Assembly (NCBI RefSeq): GCF_009914755.1
Contig: NC_060932.1
Source: the human T2T-CHM13v2.0 reference genome, Homo sapiens
Direction: 5' to 3' (one strand)
Length of the DNA stretch: 64,000 nucleotides
The notes beneath the pieces are model-generated. The model had not been told where the DNA came from and ran no database searches. It saw only the letters and a program-made list of their open reading frames with translations. A program made the translations under genes and the position numbers. Positions 56,990-64,000 of the stretch are shown here, one piece after another (position 1 is the stretch's first letter; each line of letters opens with the position of its first letter).

Positions 56990-59949
56990 TGATGCGTGAG
57001 GGCAACTGGCTCATTTGTTTCATCTGCTTGTAACTCATGGTATTTCCCAGAGAAACTGCCAGCAGCTTTCAGTAAGTGCTAGGTCTGGACTTAGCAGCTT
57101 GGGACTGTAGGGATATCTATGTAAATCCAAGGCAGCCCAGTGGAAAGAGTTTGGGTGCTGACCTTAATTTGGAGCCTGGCTCCCCTAGCACCTCTCGCTG
57201 TGGAATCTTAGGAGGTCACTTTCCCTTTCTCATCTGAAAAAAAAAAATGGGGTTGATGTGATGATGAAAAGGAAATCACACATAGTAACTGCTAAAAAGC
57301 CTGAGCTCCACTTTCACTTCCAGCCGCCTGTGTTCCAGTTCCTGCTCTGCCACACCACACGGTGCAACCATGGGCACGCCCATTCCCATCTTGTGCACGT
57401 CCCTTCCCATCTCTGGGCTGTTACCCATCTACAAAGTGGAAGGGCATTGATCTGGACAGACTCTGCGGTTCCTTCCTGTGCCTGTGAGCAAGAGTTGTGT
57501 TGGTTACCCTTGTCCCCCAGGCATTTGGGACCCAAGGCTCCAGGAAGGGAAGGATCCTACAATGTGTTTAAAATCTCCCTCCAAATCAAGTCCTAACTCC
57601 TGCCATGTCCAGCATGACCTGGCACCTGGAGGCATCTCAGGCCTCACCCCTTTCCCTCACCCTGCATACGCCAGCCAGTCCAGCCCCTTCTTAATCTTTG
57701 AGCAAGCCAGCCAGCCTTTCTCACTACCTTGTGGACTTTGCATTGGTGAACATTTTCTGGAAAATTCTACCCCCAGCTCTTTGCACTGCTGGCTTCTTCT
57801 CATCTTCTGGGGTTCAGCTCACTGTCACCTCCTCAGCACCCCACTCAGCATTCCCCTGCCTCAGTTATAATCGTATCAGCACTTTTGTTTCCTGCAAAAC
57901 ACCTTTCACAATCAGAAGCACTCTCGTTTGATTGTAAGTTTAGCTGGCTATTGTCTGTGCGATTTTCTAGAATGTGCGGCCGTGAGGCTGAAACTTCTGA
58001 TCTGGCCTTAATCATGACAGTGTCCCCAGCAAATGACCCTAGGACATAGTGCTCAAAAAATAGGTTGGCATGTGTCAGTGAATAGAGACTTGCTCTTAGG
58101 AATGCAGGCTGGCTCCGTCTCTATTTGTCAAGCCTTCTTGGGCTCTCATGGCTGAGAAATGGGTTTCAACTGGCAGGCCTGTTTACCCACACCACCACCT
58201 TACTGTATGCACCTCGTGCCTCATGCCATCTTGCCTCAGGAACCCATGGGATGTGCCAGATGGGCTGGGCCTGGCTCTGCTACATGTGTGTCCACTCCTA
58301 GCTCCTGGCTCCCAGCAGTCTTCCCAGGCTTCCAAGGCAAAGAAAGAGAAAGAGAGAAGAGAAAAGGAGGCTAGACTTGGCTTTGCTCTCCAACAAACCA
58401 GCAAGCAAACAGTATCTGGTTTCGAATTTCAACAAGGATGTGTCAGCAGAGCCTGGGTTGCACCAGCCTGGGTTGGGGGAGAGACTGGAGAGGTTATGTC
58501 ACTGGTGAGGTGTGGTGGTGCAATGCGGGTGACAACACCACGCAGGCCCGGATGTGGTGTCAACAAACCCGGGCTCGAGCGGGGCTCCTGGGTGGGGGCA
58601 TGCGGAAGTGTTGGGGTGACCCCTCGAGGAAGGAAAGAGCCACGGTCATTTCCTGAGCCTGTCTGCCAGGTGCTTTCGAGTGAGAATCCCACGAGAATCC
58701 TCTCACCTGCCAGGTGGGGCCCATGTTATCAATGTCCTTTTACAGGTGAGGAAATCGAGTCTAGGAATTGAAATGACCCGCCCGTGATCATTTGGCCCTG
58801 GTATAGAGCTGGGAACCAAACACAAATCCAGTTTTGTCTCCTCTTCCTGGGGACTCTGGGTTGAAGTTGTGCTCAACTGTTTCCTGGCTTTAGGAGGCTG
58901 GTCAGGCTTCCCAGCCTCCCCATCTCAGCCTCCTCGGTTACAAAATGAAAGTGTTGTTGCCCTCATTCATTCGGTTGGGGTGAGGTTTGAATGGACGATG
59001 GTGGCAAAACCCTTAGAAGACCACCTGGCTCTGTGTGCCCCAGACCCATCTTCCTTCTTTGTGGGTGCAGAAGTCCCAGCCCCCTGGGGAAGAAGGAGAC
59101 TCTGGTGGGCAACGATGTATCCTCGGAATGGCTCCAAGGGAATGGAACCAGCTTTTAGACCCCCAGACATTGCCAGCTCTGGGCGTCCCTTCCTCTCAGG
59201 CCCTGCTCAGTAGATGACTCTGTCCCCATGGTGTGGTGATGCCTGGGTCAGGCTGTCTCCCCACTTCCTACTCTGTTGGCTACAAGAGCAGGGGCAGCAA
59301 TGGCTGAGAGTCCAGACAAAAGCTTTTAGAGGAACCAGGTGGGGAGAGGGTGCCCACTGCAGACCAGGCCCTTTCTATAGCTCTTGAGATGCCCACTCTC
59401 ATTGACCTCTTCCCCAAAACCTTGATGAGTGACACAGTATGCTTCTTCTTTTTTTTTTTTTAGAGATGGATAAGCTGAGGATTGGAGAGGTGAGGTCAGT
59501 GCAGCAGTCCCACAGCACACCAGAGCTGGATTTGAACCCAGGTGCATTTGCATGGCTTCTGGCTCCTCTGTGGACTGACAGCCTGTGTGGGCCAGCGCTT
59601 CCCTTCTCTGGGACTCAATTCTTCCACTTATAAAATGAGGGGGTTGGACCAGATGACTTTTTAAGAGTCTTCCCATCCCTGGTATTCCCTGAGTCGCCAT
59701 CTTGGAAATTCTGACCTCATTCCTGCTTTGTGCAGCTGTTTATTTGCTTGTCTCTCTTACACTGTGGAGCTGTGGAGCAGTTCAGGCCAGTCTTGCTGGG
59801 ATAAAGGCATAGCTTCCTCTGTGGCCTCTGGGTTTGAGAAGGTCTCCGAGAATCCTCACTCCACAGAGGACATAGCATCTTTTTCGGAGCCCTCCCACTG
59901 GCTCGAGAGGGAACTTGTAATTTCGTTTTATTTTTGGTTTTCTCTCTCT

Positions 59950-60150
59950 TGCTCTTTTTACTGGAGTAAGATATACATAATATAAAACTTACCATTTATC
60001 TATTTTCAAGCATCCAGTTCAGTGGCATTAAGTACATTCACATTATTATGTAACCATCACCATGATCCATCTGAGAACATTTTCATTATCCCAAATGGAA
60101 ACTCTGTACCATAAAACAGTATCATCCATTCCTCTCTCCCCCCAGCCCCT
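59950..60150 (-). mobile_element. L1MB 3' end fragment
   Basis: cagttcagtggcattaagtacattcacattattatgtaaccatcacc...aatggaaactctgtacc. Confidence 0.82.
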
Positions 60151-60975
60151 GGTTGTGATGTGTTTTTATAGCAAAGGCTCCATGATATTTAAGAGTTGAT
60201 GTCATCCTCCTTCCCCTCCCAGTTCTAGGGGAGGGAAATGGACCTACAATCCCACTGATTTCCAAAGAGTCTAGGACATGCTTAAGCACAGGATAAGGAG
60301 GGCGTGCATGAGGTTCCCTGGCTTGAGTAGCACAGTACAACCTTATAGCCTCAAAATATCTCTGCCCCAAAATGCATCAGTGCCTCAAGTTGCACAGTCT
60401 TCATTTTTTGCCCTTTCCCTGGGGTTGTTTCTTTCAAAGTATCCCACCCCCTCTGCTGCTTAGCTCTTGGGAGCGAACACACAGCTGGTGTTAGGAGAAA
60501 TACATTGGGCCACCGTGGGACAGGAAACCTGCTTTCCAGTTCTGCTACTGCCTCTGATTGCATGACCTTGAGTAGCCAGCATGACCTCTACAAGCCTCAG
60601 AAGGCTAAGTGGTGCCAAGGACTCTCTCACCTGTCAAGTGGGTAAGGATGCCAGCTCTTTCAGGACACTGCACGAGAAAGCGCAAGGTGGAGTTCAAATG
60701 AAAGAGAAGATAGATGCTAACTCAGTGGCTAGCCCACGGCTTTCTCCTCACTTCAGGAAGATGCTCTGGTGGAGATGGGGTGGTGACCTCTGACGCCTAC
60801 GGCTGCGGAGGGCTCCAAAGCCCACAGGTTCTGGAGATGACTCATGGGAAGTTTTCCCGAAGGTCAGAGCTGGTTGTCAGCCTCCCTCTCTCCCCATCTT
60901 CCCCATAGGCTTGGGAGTTTGCCAATTTGAGGCAACATTCTTCTTATCTCCCACTAGGCCCTATGCTCATGGATT

Positions 60976-61765
60976 TGTTAGGGGTGGGAGCTGTTTTTAC
61001 TCACAACACTTCTGACACCAAATGTGTGGGTTTTCTTCTCTCACCAACTAACTCTCCAACTCTCTGGATACCCACTGGGCGTCCTACATTTCAATTCAAT
61101 TTGGACACTAACGCCGCAGGCTTAGGGACTCAGTCCCACGAGACTGCCCTCGCTTCAGATGCCAGTCACAGCACCAGTTCCTCAGGTGATCACACTGCTG
61201 TCCAACTTCGCTACAAAGCCTGGAAGGTTCACACAACCAACTGCGCATTTCAGGTTTGATGATTTGTTAGAATGGCTCACAAAACTCCAGAAAACACTTC
61301 ACGTAACCATTTTTGCTTTATTATAAAGGAAGCAAATGAACAGCCAGATGAAGAGGGGACCTAGGGCAAGGTCTGCAAGCGTCCTGAGCACAGGAGCTTC
61401 TGTCCCTGCGGAGCTGGGATGAGCTGCCATTTCAGCTCTCCCAATCCTGTTGTTTAGAGGTTTTTAATGGAGACTTCATTACATGAACACAATTGACTAA
61501 ATCATTCACCTTTGGTGATGAACTCACTCTGTATTCCTTCTCTCCTCCCTGGAGGTTGAAGAGGCTAAAAATTTCAAGCTTCTAATCAAGGCTTAGTCTT
61601 TCTGGCAACTAGTTCCCATCTGGAAGCCATCTAGGGGCCCACCAAGAGTCGCTTCATTAGAACAAAAGGGACTCCCATTACCTTTATCACTCAGGAAATT
61701 CCAAGGGTTTTAGGAGCTCTGTGCTAGGAACTGGGGACAAAGACCAAATACCTCTCTATAGCACA
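60976..61765. mobile_element. MER21-family LTR
   Basis: cacaacacttctgacaccaaatgtgtggg...cagtcccacgagactgccc...caggaaattccaagggttttaggagctctgtg. Confidence 0.8.
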
Positions 61766-61924
61766 GACAGTAAGAAGGGCCCTACTCTGTCAAACACAAG
61801 GTTTAGCAAAATGGAGTTGGGATGTTATCTGAATAGTGTTTCTTAGTAAAACCACTATCCATCAAGGTCATAATCTATGGGCATACTGAGTTCCTGCTCC
61901 CCTTCCCCATGTGTCAAACAGGGA

Positions 61925-62880
61925 CGTATTAGTTATCTTTTGCTGCATAACAAATTAGCCCAATGCCTACTGTCCCAAAACAAATGAACAAATTCTTGTC
62001 TCACAGTTTCTGTGGGTCAGGAATCTGGGTGGAGCTTAGCTGGGTCCTCTGGTTCCAGGGCTCTCATGATAGCTGCAGCTAAGATGTTGGCTGGTTATTC
62101 GCTAGAGAAGGATTCACTTCCAAGCTCACTAATGTGGCTGTTGGAAAGATCCAATTCCTTTTGGATTATAATATGGAGGCGAGGACTTCAGTTCCAGGCT
62201 GGCTGTTGGGCGGAGGTCTCCTCCTTTCCTTGTGCAGTGGGCATCTTCATATCTATGGAGGGCAGCTCACAGTATGGCAGACTGCATGAGTTAAAGGCAA
62301 GTGAGGGAGTGTGAACAAGATGGAAAGCATAATCCTTCATGACTTTGATATGGTTTGGCTGTGTGTCCCCACCCAAATCTTACCTTGTAGCTCCCATAAT
62401 TCCCATGTTTTGTGAGAGGGATCCAGTGGGAGATGCCTGAATCATGGGGGCAGGTCTTCCCCATGCTGTTCTTGTGATAGTGAATGGGTGTCATGAGATC
62501 TGATGGTTTTTAAAAACAGGAGTTTCCCTGCACAAGCTCTTTTTTTGCCTGCTGCCATCCACGTAAGATGTGACTTGCTCCTCCTTGTCTTCCACCATGA
62601 TTGTGAGGCCTCCCCAGCCACATGGAACTGTGAGTACAATTAAATCTCTCTCTCTCTCTTTTCTTTTTGTAAATGTCACAGTCTTGGGTACGTCTCTATC
62701 AGCAGCATGAAAACAGACTAATACAGACTTGATTTCGGAAATGACATCTCATAACTTTTGCCCTGTTCTGTTTGTTAGAAACAAGTCACCAGGCCAACAG
62801 TCAACAGGAGGGAATTACACAAGGGCATGAATACCAGGATGCCAGGATCACTGGAGACCGCTTTAGAGACTGCCTCCCAC
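61925..62880 (-). mobile_element. MLT1-family LTR interrupted by a THE1 solo LTR
   Basis: gtattagttatcttttgctgcataacaaatta...ctcacagtttctgtgggtcaggaatctggg...; resumes after 62730. Confidence 0.78.
62346..62725 (+). mobile_element. THE1 (B/C-like) solo LTR with 5-bp TSD
   Basis: tgatatggtttggctgtgtgtccccacccaaatc...aaaacagactaataca; TSD gactt at 62341-62345 and 62726-62730. Confidence 0.95.
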
Positions 62881-63694
62881 AGGGCATAATAATAGCTACC
62901 TTAAAGGGTTGTTGTGGGGATAAAACATGACAATATATATGAAAACAGCAGCTTTGAATATTCCAAAGCACTAGGTAAACATCAGTTATTTTTGTATTAT
63001 GAATCATCTATTACATACAATATTAATGATGCTGTTTAACTTTTTAGTAATAAATACAACTATTGGCAGAGAAGACAAATTATAGCCCATCAGAGCTACC
63101 TAGACTTCAGAAACCACCTACTACAACCCCCTCATTTTGCAAATGGTGAAATGGTGCACTCAGAATCATTCGGAGAGTGAGTGCCAGAATTGTAAACAGA
63201 AGGCAAGTGTTCCCATTACTTTTTTGTATCTGCAAAACCTAAAAATGTACGCTTTGTCCAGTACTCTTTCCACTTTATCATGTTGTCTTTAGGTAGGGTA
63301 TTAAAAAGAAACAAAATAGACACACAATTTCTTATGAGGAAAGGGTCTTTAGGGTACTTCTTGACACTTTTCCTAGGTGATGATGTAAGTTTAAATAAAT
63401 AGAGACCACCTGTTAAATCCGTGCATGCTGACGGGGCTGGGATTCATCAAGCTGGCAATGGTGGGATAGTATGTGGGGCTCAACCTTCACTGCACGTCAG
63501 AATCACCTGTGAAGCTTCAGAGGTTCTGAGTTCATTGGTTTAGGATACAGCTTGGGCACTGGGAGTTTTACAATTTCCTCAGGTGGCTCCAATGTGCAGC
63601 CAACAAGTAAGAGGACCAGTGGGATCATCTTTATTCAGCTGGAGGAATACTCACTGATCACAGCCATCAATTCTTCTTTGGAGGCAGAATAAGA

Positions 63695-63880
63695 GCCACC
63701 GTTTGTTTTTGTAACCGATGTTTTATGGGGATGCAGGCATGCTCATTCAGTTACTAATGTCTGTGGCTGCTTTTGTGCCCCAATGGCAGAGCGGAACAAT
63801 TGTGATTGGCACTGATGGTTCGCAAAACCTAGAAATGTATGATTTGTTTCTGTACAGAAAAAAAATGTGCTGACCCCTGA
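63695..63880. mobile_element. MER58A-like hAT MITE
   Basis: tgtctgtggctgcttttgtg...gcaaaacctagaaat...tacagaaaaaaaatgtgctgacccctg. Confidence 0.7.
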
Positions 63881-64000
63881 GTTAGGAGATGAAACAGTGG
63901 GAGCTGTGTGCATGGCTCAGAAGAGTCACTTGGTGTTGGATAAAAACTTGGGAACCATTTCTAGAGTGGTGAGAGTGTAAGCCAAGTCAAGCCCTGAACA

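Overview
Primate (very probably human) non-coding genomic DNA dominated by interspersed repeats: about 35 Alu/FLAM copies, L1PA/L1M fragments, many MIR and L2 remnants, MaLR LTRs (MLT1, THE1), a decayed ERVL (HERV16/LTR16-type) provirus, MER21, hAT/mariner MITEs and several micro/minisatellites. I find no credible intact protein-coding gene, RNA gene or CRISPR-like array; most supplied ORFs are repeat-derived or chance. Two gene-derived retrocopies are present: a decayed RPL23A processed pseudogene fragment (1291-1568, minus) and a polyadenylated 3'UTR-like retrocopy (11729-12130, minus). I cannot claim a new biological system. The most unusual signal is a recurring set of short locally templated copies: an inverted 90-bp copy with a visible template-switch junction, direct copies about 2 kb from their source, a 225-bp duplication carrying an Alu TSD, and a fold-back hairpin. 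There is also a homogeneous 27-bp minisatellite whose units each contain a perfect 22-bp palindrome. Repeat subfamily names come from recall of consensus sequences, boundaries are approximate unless TSDs are quoted, and identities were counted by eye.
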